Shown here: one piece after another, positions 18,870 through 29,233 of the stretch
Layout: each line of letters starts with the position of its first letter
How positions within the stretch are numbered: the first letter of the stretch is position 1
DNA from: an uncultured Spirochaetota bacterium
GTDB taxonomy: Bacteria > Spirochaetota > Spirochaetia > SZUA-6 > Fen-1364
DNA length: 64,000 nucleotides
Assembly: GCA_963745235.1 (NCBI GenBank)
Contig: CAVUXE010000037.1
Coordinates: 128,001 to 192,000 of the forward strand
Direction of reading: 5' to 3'
Translations under genes and position numbers: made by a program
Notes under the pieces: generated by a model
The model's input: the letters and a program-made list of their open reading frames with translations, nothing else
What the model was told of the DNA's origin: nothing
Database searches by the model: none

Positions 18870-18904
18870 ACCGGGCAGATCTGGTCTGCCCGGCCCGCCC
18901 CTTT

Positions 18905-19321
18905 TCAGCTTCTCCCGTCCCGGCACGCTGCGCAGAGACATCCCCGGGGCTTGATGTACGCGTCAAAGTATTCCTTGCCGTAGTGGTAGGACAGCTCCTC
19001 CCCGGGTGAGATCCTCCTGCGCGAATAGATGATGACCCGCTTTCCGCGCGTGTAGGCGACACAGTTGGGCCTGCAGGAATGGTTGATGTAGCGGCTCAGG
19101 TTCTCCCGGCCGCGGCCGTCGATTGTCCAGCGGGAGTTCACCCGAAAGAGATACCTGCCTCCCCTGCGGTCTGCCGCCTCGGTTGCTAGCAGCGCGCCGG
19201 TGTATTCAATGACGAAATCACCCCGCTTGAAGCCCCGCGCGGCGAACAGTCCGAGCCCCGACTGACTTCTCCTTACGACAAAACAGTGCGCGATATCCCG
19301 CCCCTTCTTCTTCCCGGCCAT
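18905..19321 (-). CDS. SET-domain protein (putative lysine methyltransferase)
   Basis: 'GLGLFA', 'IEYTG', 'RYINHSCRPN', 'GEELSYHYG', post-SET 'CLCAAC'. Confidence 0.92.
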   Translation of the reverse strand: MAGKKKGRDIAHCFVVRRSQSGLGLFAARGFKRGDFVIEYTGALLATEAADRRGGRYLFRVNSRWTIDGRGRENLSRYINHSCRPNCVAYTRGKRVIIYSRRRISPGEELSYHYGKEYFDAYIKPRGCLCAACRDGRS

Positions 19322-19387
19322 AGGTGTTGCGGCGTACTGTATACGCAACCGGGACGGGATGTCAGCCCTCGAGCGAGCGGGCGGGCC

Positions 19388-21253
19388 CTACTGCGCTCCG
19401 CCCTCTCGGGCAAGCCCGCGGATGAGACGTGCGACCGTGTCGTCACGGATGTAGCTCCTCAGCCGCGAATCGAAATCCGGTGGCTCCCATCTCCCGGAGA
19501 GCATCTCGCGCATCTGGTCTCGCAGGCGTCTTGCCTGCTCGCTGTCGCCGAGCCGGTCCGATGTGACGGAGGCATAGGCGATGGCGAGCAGCCTCGTTGC
19601 CGGAGAGTTGATGGGCCGCGACTCCGAGGCAAGAAAATACGTTCTCGCGTCGGCCCAATGACGCTTCGCGCATGCAACGAGCCCCAGCTCGAGAGGACCG
19701 AGATAGTAGTCAGGAAGCTCGCGGTCCATCCAGCCAGCCGCCTCTTCCGCTCCGTCGAGACGGTCGAGGGCCAATGACGCGCTGAAAGTCCAATCTGCCC
19801 TGAGAAACGGGTTGATGGCTGCATGCGTCTGCAGGGAAGCGAGAATCCGGTCCCATCCGTCCCTGTCCATTCCCATGCCGTGCAGGCGGGCAAGCTGAAA
19901 GACGCCGTCAAGGAACTCTGAATCCGCGGCGAACCCCTCGGTTTGCGCAAAGGGATCCACGGGTCGCCAGACGGTGAGGTTTCCCGTGGAAAGCTCGTAT
20001 GCCAGAAACGGCCCGAAGCCGGCATAGGAGGGTCGGTAGGAGAAGAGAACGGCGTTGCGGGACCAGTCGATGATGACGCTCTGAACCGTGCAGAAGTTGT
20101 TGATTGTCTTGAACGAATCCTGGAGCAGTGTCTGGTGCACGGGAAAGTCATCATAGGAGTAGAAGTCATGGTTCCCGAGAACCTTTGCCAGGTACTCCGC
20201 GAGCGCAGTCTGCGGGACCTTGGCGCGCAGGATGGACAACGCGTTCTCGCGCGCCAGGTTGTATTCCGCCTGGGAGAGGATGGATGCGTTTGCCTGGCGG
20301 TTGGCAAGGGAAAGGGGGGCGTTGGCCACACACAAGGTGTCAGTCACCATGGGCACTTTCGTGGTCGCGTCACCCAGGGATTCGTACAGCGCGGCGTTCC
20401 GCTCGTCCCGGGAAGAGATCGTGATGAAGTAGTGGGATGCCGAGGAGTGCTCCATGATCGAGTCCACGTCATGAACGGTGGCGCAGTTTTCCAGGACTTC
20501 CTTGACGAGGAAGCCGACGGGAATGACGTTGCCCCGGGCGTACTTCGTGAACGCCGCGGTGTTGACGCTCGCCGCAATTCCCCGATCGTTGAGGCCCGTA
20601 TACACGCCGGGGAGCCCGGCAAAGCCTACGTTGACGTACGGGATCTTCCCGTCCACTGCGACCTTCACGATGGCGGGATATCGGGAGACGAAGTTCGCCG
20701 GCCTCGGGAAATCGAAGTTCCTGCCATGGATGATCTGGTCCCCCCGCCTCACCACCATGGACGTGCAGCTTGCATCGAAGAGCATCTCAGGGGTCATGGC
20801 GAAGAACAGGAAGTCGGTGAATGGAATACCGGCCCCATCCGCGATCCCGCGCACCTCCTCCTCGAAACCGCCCGGCATTGCCGCGCGCATGTCACGGACT
20901 TTCCCGTCCAGGGACAGGCGGAAGAAAAGGCGCCGCAGCCCGCCGCCTGTCAGCTCGTTCAGCAGCCTGTCGTATTCTGCGTAGACTGCGCGGATCTCAG
21001 GCCGCAGGAGGACGCCGTATTGAAGTCCGACTTCGTAGGGCGCGCCCGAAAGATCGAGCAGCGGCACCCCTTCCCGGTCGACACGCTTGCCCGCATGGAA
21101 GACCAGGACATCCGCGCTGCGGTAAGGCTCCCTGTCCCGAGAGGGAGGAGCTCCGGCGCATGACGAGAGGAGCAAAGCCAGCACGAGCGCGGTTGCTGCC
21201 AGAAGGACAGGAACACTCGCAAGAGGGCCATTCCTGGTCACGCTTCTGTTCAT
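19388..21253 (-). CDS. C45-family Ntn-hydrolase (acyltransferase/amidase) lipoprotein with C-terminal TPR-like helices
   Basis: Lipobox 'LLSSC'; 'GAPYEVGLQYG', 'EEVRGIADGAG', nucleophile 'CTS', 'HGRNFDF', 'GLNDRGI'. Confidence 0.85.
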   Translation of the reverse strand: MNRSVTRNGPLASVPVLLAATALVLALLLSSCAGAPPSRDREPYRSADVLVFHAGKRVDREGVPLLDLSGAPYEVGLQYGVLLRPEIRAVYAEYDRLLNELTGGGLRRLFFRLSLDGKVRDMRAAMPGGFEEEVRGIADGAGIPFTDFLFFAMTPEMLFDASCTSMVVRRGDQIIHGRNFDFPRPANFVSRYPAIVKVAVDGKIPYVNVGFAGLPGVYTGLNDRGIAASVNTAAFTKYARGNVIPVGFLVKEVLENCATVHDVDSIMEHSSASHYFITISSRDERNAALYESLGDATTKVPMVTDTLCVANAPLSLANRQANASILSQAEYNLARENALSILRAKVPQTALAEYLAKVLGNHDFYSYDDFPVHQTLLQDSFKTINNFCTVQSVIIDWSRNAVLFSYRPSYAGFGPFLAYELSTGNLTVWRPVDPFAQTEGFAADSEFLDGVFQLARLHGMGMDRDGWDRILASLQTHAAINPFLRADWTFSASLALDRLDGAEEAAGWMDRELPDYYLGPLELGLVACAKRHWADARTYFLASESRPINSPATRLLAIAYASVTSDRLGDSEQARRLRDQMREMLSGRWEPPDFDSRLRSYIRDDTVARLIRGLAREGGAQ

Positions 21254-21304
21254 TTCTTCCCCCCCCTTCAAACACCGGTCGCGCAGAGAACTCACCCGAT
21301 GAAT

Positions 21305-21332
21305 TCAGACGTTTCAGCGGTTGATTTAGTTC
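21305..21332 (-). promoter_or_regulatory. Putative RpoE-like ECF promoter for the C45 hydrolase gene
   Basis: Minus strand GAACTA-N17-TCTGA, about 50 nt upstream of the start codon. Confidence 0.4.
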
Positions 21333-21350
21333 ACCGAGACGCGCTTTTTT

Positions 21351-22256
21351 TCAGCCGGCCCACACGGTGTTCAGGACAAGCAGCAGGAACAGGAGCGGAA
21401 GGTACGCAACGGAAGCACGCAGCAGCAGCCGCCCGCTGCGCTTGTCTCTGCGCGCGGAAGCTCGGGCCGCAAAAACAAGGTACGCTGCCCCCAGGATCGA
21501 GGCGCCCGCCAGGTAGGCCGGACCCGCCATGCGCGTGAAAAACGGCGCCAGGCTCACCGCGATCAGCAGGACCGTTGCCGCCATGATTTCGAAAACCACC
21601 CAGGACCCGGCCGCCGGCAGGGCAGTGATGACCCGGATGCCACCCCGTTGGTAGTCCTCCCGATACATCAATTCCAGCGCCAGGAAGTGGGGAAACTGCC
21701 AGAAGAAAAGGACTGCGAAGAGCGCCCAGGCGTTGACGCCGAGGTCCCCGCGCGCTGAAGCCCACCCAAGGAGGGGCGGCATGGCGCCGGAGATCGCCCC
21801 GGGAATGGTGTGGTGCAGGGTGCGGCGCTTCAAGGGCGTGTAGATGAAGATGTAGCTGACGAAAGTGAAAACGGCGACGCCACCGGCAACGGGCCCGAGG
21901 GCCGCGGTGATTCCGACCACGGCGGCGGTCGTCAGAACGGCCCCGAAGGCAAGCACAGCGCTCGGCCGCAGGCGTCCGCTGGGCAGGGGGCGGTGGGCCG
22001 TGCGGAGCATCATGGCGTCAGTGTCCCGCTCGATGTAGTGGTTCAGCGCGAATATGCCGAAGGCAAGGAGGGCGACACCGCAGGCGGTCTCACCGAGCCG
22101 GGGCCAATCCAGGAAGCGAGGGGACGCCAGGTAGAAGGAGCCGACAGCCACCGTGAGGACCAGGAGAGCGATGCGCGGCTTGGTCAGCTCGATGTACGCC
22201 TTCAGCCTGCCCGGCGTTCGGCTCGGCGGCAGCCGTTCACTCGTTCTCTCGCTCAC
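21351..22256 (-). CDS. cyoE: Protoheme IX farnesyltransferase (heme O synthase)
   Basis: 'LTKPRI', 'NHYIERDTDAMMLRTAHRPLPSGR', 'YTPLKR', 'WQFPHF', 'YREDY'. Confidence 0.93.
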   Translation of the reverse strand: MSERTSERLPPSRTPGRLKAYIELTKPRIALLVLTVAVGSFYLASPRFLDWPRLGETACGVALLAFGIFALNHYIERDTDAMMLRTAHRPLPSGRLRPSAVLAFGAVLTTAAVVGITAALGPVAGGVAVFTFVSYIFIYTPLKRRTLHHTIPGAISGAMPPLLGWASARGDLGVNAWALFAVLFFWQFPHFLALELMYREDYQRGGIRVITALPAAGSWVVFEIMAATVLLIAVSLAPFFTRMAGPAYLAGASILGAAYLVFAARASARRDKRSGRLLLRASVAYLPLLFLLLVLNTVWAG

Positions 22257-23681
22257 GCGCGGCCCCGCGCACCCGCGGCCTGACGGTACCCGAACAGCCC
22301 GCCCGCCTTGATGACGCGGGCGACCTCCTCCGGCACGAGCTCTTCCCAGGATGGATCTCCGTCCCGGAGCCGGGTAAGGACATCGCGAGGGAGAATGGAG
22401 AGATCCGCTTCGGTGGTATCACGGATCGGCTCCACGAGCCGGTTCTCGAACAGGTGGGCGTAGAGATGGCGCAGATTGCCCGGCGCCTTGAAAGTCTCCG
22501 CGGTCACGACCTCTCCCGTCTCGCTGTTTTTCCATGGATACACGAACAGCGTGACGGGGCCCCGCATGAGTCGACCCAGCGCTTCCAGCACGCCGCCTTC
22601 CAGGTCGCGATAATACTCTTCATCCAGGAGCTGGATCATGGTCGGTATGCCGAGCACCATGACTATCCTTTCATGGGTGTAGCGGCGCAGGTAGGCGGTC
22701 ACGTTGTGGAAGCGCGAGTAGTTGGAGACCATCACGGTCTTGCCGAGCGCACGCAGGGTATCCATGCGCCCCAGGAAGTCCTCGTGCTCGATCTTTTCCC
22801 CGAGTGTGAGAAGGTTGCGCAGAGTCATCTCCATGAGGGTGATGGGCTCCCGGCCCGCCATGTCGGGCATCTTCTGCAGCTGCGCGCGGGACCTTTCCAG
22901 CATGTCGAGGGTGACCCGCGTGATCGGGCGAAAGCTTCCCCGCTCAATCGAGGACGGGCTGGTGGTACAGGAGCTCCGCGGGCTCCACGACCTCCCCGTC
23001 AGGGGCGAACATGGCGGCGTTGGTCAGCCGCTGCTCCACGAGCTGCAGGCTCATGAGCCTGTTGTCCACCTGGCGGAAGGTCGGGCCGGTGAGCTTCAGC
23101 ATGTCGACTTCCATGCGGTCACGCGTGAGCTCGTCCATGAGGGACCCGATCAGCGCCTCCGGCGACCCGGTGAGGTAGAACGCCCCGTAGATGAGACTGA
23201 CTCCCAGGATGCCCAGGGCCTCCTGCTGGCGCACGTTGTCCAGGTCCCACATCCTGGCGTGGATGATTATCTCGGAGGCCGGGCCGCGAGGTTCCGTCTG
23301 GAAACGGATCCCGAGCCAGCCGTGGCCGTCCTCCTGGCGGGTATGGCTTTTCGTCGCTACGGTGTCCGCAAAGACGAAGCACTTGGTCTTCTCCGCCCTT
23401 TTCGCATCCAGCCTTTCCAGGAGGAGGGCCCATTCGTGGTCCAGCATGGAGACCAGGCGCTGGCGGCTCACGTAGCGTTCGTGGGTTCCGTAAATGGCGT
23501 CAGAAACCGCCATGTCGTACGCGGAGATCGTCTTCGCCACGGTGCCCGCGGCGCCCCCGACGTGGAAGAACCATCGCGCAACCTCCTGGCCCGCCCCGAT
23601 CTCCGCAAACGTGCCGTAGCGCGCCGCGTCGATGTTTATCCGCAGCGCCTTGTCGTGCGCGCTCAAGCTGTTCGTGCTCAT
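22253..23681 (-). CDS. Conserved nucleotidyltransferase-like protein (often annotated nicotinate-nucleotide adenylyltransferase or mis-annotated as TonB-dependent receptor), frameshifted near 22945
   Basis: 'KALRINID...YGTFAEIGAGQEVARWFF.VGGAAGTVAKTISAYD'; after one-base correction reads 'VLIERGSFRPITRVTLDM' into ORF 22253-22903. Confidence 0.75.
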
Positions 23682-23763
23682 CCCGTTTCTAAAGTAATGC
23701 GTTTCCCTGCAAACAGCGAGCCCTCGACCCCCGTGCGCCCTTGCTGTAGAATCTCCGAACGTC

Positions 23764-24543
23764 ATGAGAATACGAAACGAGAACGAGTTTCCCATCGGGT
23801 ACACGGAGATCGGCGCCCATCGGGCGGAGACGCTCATGGATTTCGGCATCCTGCGCCTCGCGGCGGGGCAGGCCCATCGCTCCAGACCGGGGAAAGAAAG
23901 GGCATTCATCCTCCTGGGCGGCCAGGTGGAGCTGGCCTGGGAGGGACAAAAAGTCCGCGCTTCCCGTGAATCCCTGTTCGATCAGTCTCCCTGGTGTCTC
24001 AGCCTTCCGTCGAACGTCGAAGCGACAATCAGCGCAATTGGCGGGGAGGCTGAGATCTCCGTTCACGCGACGCAGAACCCGCGCCCGTTTCCCGCGCACC
24101 TCTACACGCCGGAAGAGTGCAGGAGCGAAGAACGCGGAAAAGGGACAATGAAGGAAACCTCCACGAGGATCGTCCGTACCATCATCGAGGACCCGCGCGC
24201 TTCATTCTCCAATCTCGTTCTCGGGGAGGTGATCACCTTCCCCGGCAAGTGGTCCAGCTACCCTCCGCATCACCACCCGCAGCCGGAGATCTACCACTAC
24301 AGGTTCCAGCAGCCAGGCGGCTTTGGTCTCTGCCAGATCGGCGAAGAGGCCTACCTGCTTCGAAACCGTGACACCGTCATCATTCCCCCGGGGGCGGTGC
24401 ATCCCCATGCCGCGGCGCCCGGCTATGCGATGTTCTATATCTGGGTGATACGGCACCTGGACGGCGCCCGCTACGGGACGCCCACTTTCGTCCCCGAGCA
24501 TTCCTGGGTCATGGACCCGAAAGCAAAGATCTGGGGCCCCTGA
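23764..24543 (+). CDS. iolB: 5-deoxy-glucuronate isomerase
   Basis: KduI/IolB cupin motif 'GKWSSYPPHHHPQPEIYHY'; 'ERGKG...RIVR'; inositol cluster context. Confidence 0.9.
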   Translation: MRIRNENEFPIGYTEIGAHRAETLMDFGILRLAAGQAHRSRPGKERAFILLGGQVELAWEGQKVRASRESLFDQSPWCLSLPSNVEATISAIGGEAEISVHATQNPRPFPAHLYTPEECRSEERGKGTMKETSTRIVRTIIEDPRASFSNLVLGEVITFPGKWSSYPPHHHPQPEIYHYRFQQPGGFGLCQIGEEAYLLRNRDTVIIPPGAVHPHAAAPGYAMFYIWVIRHLDGARYGTPTFVPEHSWVMDPKAKIWGP

Positions 24544-24634
24544 GGATCGGTTTCAGCAAGGCCTCGCGGGGCGCCCGCCGCTGGCGCGGGGTGCTGGCGT
24601 CGCACGCCCCCGAAGCCGTTCATTCAGGAAGGCT

Positions 24635-26159
24635 TCAGATCATCCCGTCCCAGCTGTTGCGGACCCGGGCCTCCCGCGCTTCCTTCTCCGAGAACCAGTG
24701 CGAGGTGACGCTCTTCAGCTCCGTGTAGAAGCGCACCCCGTCGGTGCCCATGGTGTGGAGGTCTCCGAAGAAGGATGCCTTGTGCCCCGTGAAGCCGAAC
24801 ATCGCCAGGGGAACAGGGATCCCGACGTTCACACCCACCATCCCGGCATGTGACCTGCGTGGTGAACTCCCGGGCGTAGTAGCCGTTCTGCGTGTAGATG
24901 ACGCTCCCGTTTCCGAACTCGCTCTCGTTCATCAGCTCCACGCCCTCGTCGAAGCTCGAAACGCGCTTGATGCAGAGCACCGGCCCGAAGATCTCCCGGT
25001 CCCCGACGCTCATGCCCTTCTTCACGTGATCGAAGAGCGTGGGGCCGAGGTAGAAGCCCTTCTCGTAGCCGGGCACCACGACATCCCGGCCGTCCAGGAC
25101 CATCTGGGCGCCTTCCTGGATACCCTTCTCGATCCAGGAGACGACGCTCGCGCGGTGCTCGGCGTTCACAAGCGGACCGAGCTGGCTCGTCTTGTCGTAT
25201 GCCGGCCCGATCTTGAGCCCCTCCATGACCTTGACGAGCGCTTCGATGAGCTGGTCCGCGACTGCCTCTTCCACCACGGCAACCGGCAGCGCCATGCACC
25301 GCTCCCCGGCGCATCCGCAGGCGGAGTTCACGATGCCCTTCGCGGTGCGCTCCAGGGGGGCATCGCTCATGACCAGCGCGTGGTTCTTTGCCTCGGTCAG
25401 GGCCTGCACCCGCTTGCCGTTGGCGGCCGCGGTGGCATAGATGTGCTTCCCGACGGAGGTGGAGCCGACGAACGAGATTCCTACCACGTCGGGATGGGTC
25501 AGCAGTATCTCGGCCTCCGCCCGCGAACAGGTGACGAGGTTCAGAACGCCCGGGGGAAGCCCTGCTTCCTGCCACAGCTCCATGATGCGCATGGAGGAGC
25601 GCGGGACAAAGCTCGCGGCCTTGAGCACCATGGTGTTGCCCGTCGCTATGCACAGCGGCGCCATCCAACCCATGGGGATCATCGCGGGGAAGTTCCACGG
25701 GGAGATCCCCGCGAACACGCCCAGGGGCTCCAGGTATTGCGTCGTGTCGTACCCGGGGGTGGCGTTCATGATTGCGGGCCCCTTGATGAGATGCGGGACT
25801 CCGGCCGCGTACTCCACCACTTCAATCACCTTGAGCACGTCCCCCATGGCCTCGTCCCAGACCTTGCCGTGCTCCTCGGCTACCAGGTGCGTGAGCTCAT
25901 CCACGTGGCGGTCCAGGATGCTCTTCATCCGAAACAGAACCTGCGCCCTCTTGTTCGGCGGCATGTCCGCCCAGGCGGGGAAAGCAGCCTTTGCCGCGGC
26001 AATTGCAGCCCGGACCTCCTCCGCAGTGCACTGCGGAGTGCGCGCAACGACCTCCCCGATGGAAGGATCGTAGCAGTCCATGTAATGGTCGGTCTTCGAG
26101 GTCTTCCACTCTCCGCCGACCCAGTATTTCAATTTCTTCGGCTCGACAGCTGTTATCAT
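24635..26159 (-). CDS. iolA: CoA-acylating (methyl)malonate-semialdehyde dehydrogenase, frameshifted near 24855
   Basis: 'PWNFPAMIP', 'SFVGST', 'AKNH', 'GCAGERCMA', 'EIFGPVL'; C-terminus '[12 protein letters not shown]...[13 protein letters not shown]' in ORF 24635-24841. Confidence 0.92.
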
Positions 26160-26202
26160 GTCGATCCTCCTTGCATTCATTCAGCCGGGCGCCAGCCAGG
26201 CG

Positions 26203-27288
26203 TCAGCCCTCCGGCAGCATGGCGTCCCTCATGAGGGCCGCCAGGTCCTCCGTGGCTTTGCAGAACTGCCGCAGCGTGCGCACCGACGCGCCGTACAGGT
26301 CGAACTGGTCCGGCCGCATGCCGTCCTCCTGGTAGGCCCGCGCGAAGTCAGGGAACTTTTTCAGCAGCTCTCCGACGATGACGGGGTCCACGGGAGTCCC
26401 GATGCGGCTCTCCACGGAAACGTCAGACGCGTTGAAACGCTTCTGCCACTCGTAGGGAGGGGAGATGACAACGTCTCCGCCGATGAGCTCGGACCAGTGA
26501 AGATGATTACGAAAGGCGGCGGAGAGGAGCCGCAGCCTGTAGCCTCGCTCCTGGTAGATCCCGTACGCCTTCTTGAAAACTGCGACTCCCGCCCAGTCCA
26601 GCACCGCCGGGTCGGCAATGATTCCTTTCCTCTCCGCGAGGGCTTTCAGCCAGTCATCGAGCCGTCCCACCATGAGGGTGCAGACCGGGCCCATGCGGCT
26701 CGTATCCTTGCCCTCCTTTTCCCGGCGTTTCAGTCCGCGCTCCACCGCCTCCGCTACCGCAATTGCCTGCGGCAGCGTGAAGCTCACCGTCGCGTTGACG
26801 CTGATCCCCCGGTAGGTGGCTTCCTCGATGGCCGCAACACCCGCGTGCGTGACGGGGATCTTCGTGATGATGTTGGGCGCCATGGCGTTGAATCGCTCAG
26901 CCTGCTCGACGATGGCCCGCGCGTTGCGGTACAGCCGCGGGTCAGTCTGGACGGAGAGTCTGCCGTTTCTTCCATTCTCCCGGTGAAAGATCGGCTCGAG
27001 GAGCTTTGCGGCCTTGATTGACATCTCCTCCACCAGGCGCCAGGCAACTTCGTCCTCTGTGGCCGCCGGCATCTCGGCGATGATTGCCGGGATCCGGTCC
27101 TTCCACAGGTGCAGCTCCTTTTTCAGAACGCCCAGGACGATGACCGGGTTGGCCGTGGCGCCCACGGCGCCATTCTGACTGATGGAAGAGGAAAGCTCTT
27201 CGATAGAGCAGGAGTCGTTCCACAGGGCTGTCGGGGTGGTGGATGTCATCTGGCGCAACAGCGTGGTTGTGACGGCTTGTGTCGGCAT
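26203..27288 (-). CDS. Transaldolase-family protein (paralog 1)
   Basis: 'LWNDS', 'GATANP', Schiff-base lysine 'NIITKIP', 'NATVSF', 'VGRLDD', 'AAFRN'. Confidence 0.9.
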   Translation of the reverse strand: MPTQAVTTTLLRQMTSTTPTALWNDSCSIEELSSSISQNGAVGATANPVIVLGVLKKELHLWKDRIPAIIAEMPAATEDEVAWRLVEEMSIKAAKLLEPIFHRENGRNGRLSVQTDPRLYRNARAIVEQAERFNAMAPNIITKIPVTHAGVAAIEEATYRGISVNATVSFTLPQAIAVAEAVERGLKRREKEGKDTSRMGPVCTLMVGRLDDWLKALAERKGIIADPAVLDWAGVAVFKKAYGIYQERGYRLRLLSAAFRNHLHWSELIGGDVVISPPYEWQKRFNASDVSVESRIGTPVDPVIVGELLKKFPDFARAYQEDGMRPDQFDLYGASVRTLRQFCKATEDLAALMRDAMLPEG

Positions 27289-27362
27289 AGGCGGGCCCAC
27301 GGAGTGGTAGAAAAAATATACTCATGGCTGTATGCTGGGGCAAAAGAAATGGGAGGTCGCCC

Positions 27363-28202
27363 ATGATCGAAAGACGTCGATTTGCCCTGAACAGGATAAC
27401 ATGCCCGTCACTCGGACTGGAGGATTTCTTTCGGTTCGCCGCGGAGCTCGGCATCTCCCGAGTCGAGCTGCGAAACGACCTCGCCGGCGGCCAGGTCACG
27501 GACAACCTTTCCCCGTCGCGAGCCGCGGCGCTGGCAAAGGCGAGCGGGGTTCAGATCATCACCATCAACGCCCTGCAGAAGTTCAACCTGACATCCGCCC
27601 GGCAGAAGGCGGCCGGCGAGCTGGAGAAGCTGCTCGACCTTGCTGAGGAACTGCGCTGCCCGGCGCTCGTCCTGTGCCCCAACAACGACACCGCTGACGC
27701 GAGGGACGCAAAGACACGGGTCGCGGAAGCGGTGGACGCCTTGAAAGCGTTCGGACCGTCGTTCATGAAGAAGGGAATCCTGGGGTACGTGGAGCCGCTC
27801 GGGTTTCACGAGTCGTCCCTGGCTTCTCTCATCGTCGCCGTGGAGACGATCAAGAGCTCGGGCTTCAGCTGCTACCGCACGGTGTACGACACTTTCCATC
27901 ACTACCTGGGACCGGACACGGAGAATGACATCGGCCCGCACTACGAGGTCACCAACACGGGCCTCATCCACGTCTCAGGCGTCGAGGCGGACATACCCAA
28001 GGAGAAGTATCGGGATGAGCATCGCGTTCTTCCCGGCCCGAAAGACCGCACTTTCTGCAGGGAGCAGGTTGCCCACCATGACCGCCTGGGCTACACCGGG
28101 GACATCTCTTTTGAGCCTTTCTCCGCGGAGGTTCAGCGCATGGGACGCGCGGACCTTGCCGCTGCCCTGAGAAAGAGCATGGAGTACCTGCAGGGGAGCT
28201 AG
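27363..28202 (+). CDS. iolI: Xylose-isomerase-like TIM barrel protein, probable inosose isomerase (IolI-like)
   Basis: 'FALNRI', 'VELRND', 'INALQKFN', 'VEPLGF', 'DTFHH', 'DEHRVL', 'SFEPFS'; inositol cluster context. Confidence 0.78.
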   Translation: MIERRRFALNRITCPSLGLEDFFRFAAELGISRVELRNDLAGGQVTDNLSPSRAAALAKASGVQIITINALQKFNLTSARQKAAGELEKLLDLAEELRCPALVLCPNNDTADARDAKTRVAEAVDALKAFGPSFMKKGILGYVEPLGFHESSLASLIVAVETIKSSGFSCYRTVYDTFHHYLGPDTENDIGPHYEVTNTGLIHVSGVEADIPKEKYRDEHRVLPGPKDRTFCREQVAHHDRLGYTGDISFEPFSAEVQRMGRADLAAALRKSMEYLQGS

Positions 28203-29213
28203 GCTTCGCTTCTCGACGTTCTTCCGCACGTCGATGGTCACGGCCACGACGATGATGATGGCGCGCGCCACCTGCTGGAAGTCCGCGGAGACGTTCAGGA
28301 TGTCCAGGCCGTTCTTCATGACGCCGATGATGAGGGCGCCGATGAGCGTGCCTCCCGCGCTTCCCAACCCTCCCGCAAGGCTCGTGCCCCCGATGACCGA
28401 CGCGGCAATGGCATCCAGCTCGTAGCCCAGGCCGAGGCCCGGCTGGCCGGAGCCGATGCGCGCGGTCAGAACGATGGCGGCAACGGCTGCGAGAAAGCCC
28501 GCGTACGTGTAGACCAGGATGAGGTAGCGGTTCGTCTTGATCCCCGAAACCACCGCCGCCTGCAGGTTGCTGCCCAGCGCATACGTGTAGCGGCCCCACA
28601 AGGTGTGCTGGAGTATCACGTAGGTGATCACCACGCAGACAATGAGCACGATTGCCGGGTTGGGGATGCCCAGGATGTCTCCCTGACCGATGACCTGGAA
28701 GGAGTCGATGAGACTTCCGCGGGGGCGGCCCTGCGAATAGATGAAGGCCCACCCGCGGGCGAAGGTCATCATGCCGAGGGTGGCGATGAACGGCGGGATC
28801 TTCAGCCAGGCGATCATGCTGCCGTTGACGAACCCGATGGCAACTCCGACTCCCAGACCGATAAGGACCACGGGAACAATCGGCCAGGGGTGCCCGCCCT
28901 TGTACAGCCGGTCCATGGCGTCCGCGCTCTGCACGAGGCTTGCCACTGCCACCGCGACAGCGGCCACCACCGCGCCGGAGGAAAGGTCGATCCCCGCGGT
29001 GATGATGCACATGGTGACGCCCAGGGCGATGATCCCGATGACGCTGATCTGGCGCAGCACGTTCAGGAGGTTGTTGATCCGCAGGAAGATTCCGCCGGAA
29101 AGGATTGCGATCACGATGCACAGCCCCACGAGGATCAGCAGGATGCTGTACTTGCTCATGAGCGCAAGAACGCGGGATTCCCTTCGGGGAGCAATCTTGA
29201 CGGCTTCAATCAC
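28199..29213 (-). CDS. Ribose/inositol-type ABC transporter permease (stop probably displaced by an indel near 28210)
   Basis: 'GIDLSSG', 'IPPFIATLGM', 'YELDAIAASVIGGTSL.GG.G'. The ORF as read runs 227 nt into iolI, but family similarity ends at 'IDVRKN' next to an off-frame TAG at 28199-28201. Confidence 0.88.
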
Positions 29214-29233
29214 GGCGTGCCTCCGGTCCGACC

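Noticed and set aside
27975-28202. Extended convergent overlap of the permease with iolI
   Set aside because: Likely an indel just before a TAG that forms a CTAG shared with the iolI stop, as seen for livF and its neighbour at 10959-10962.
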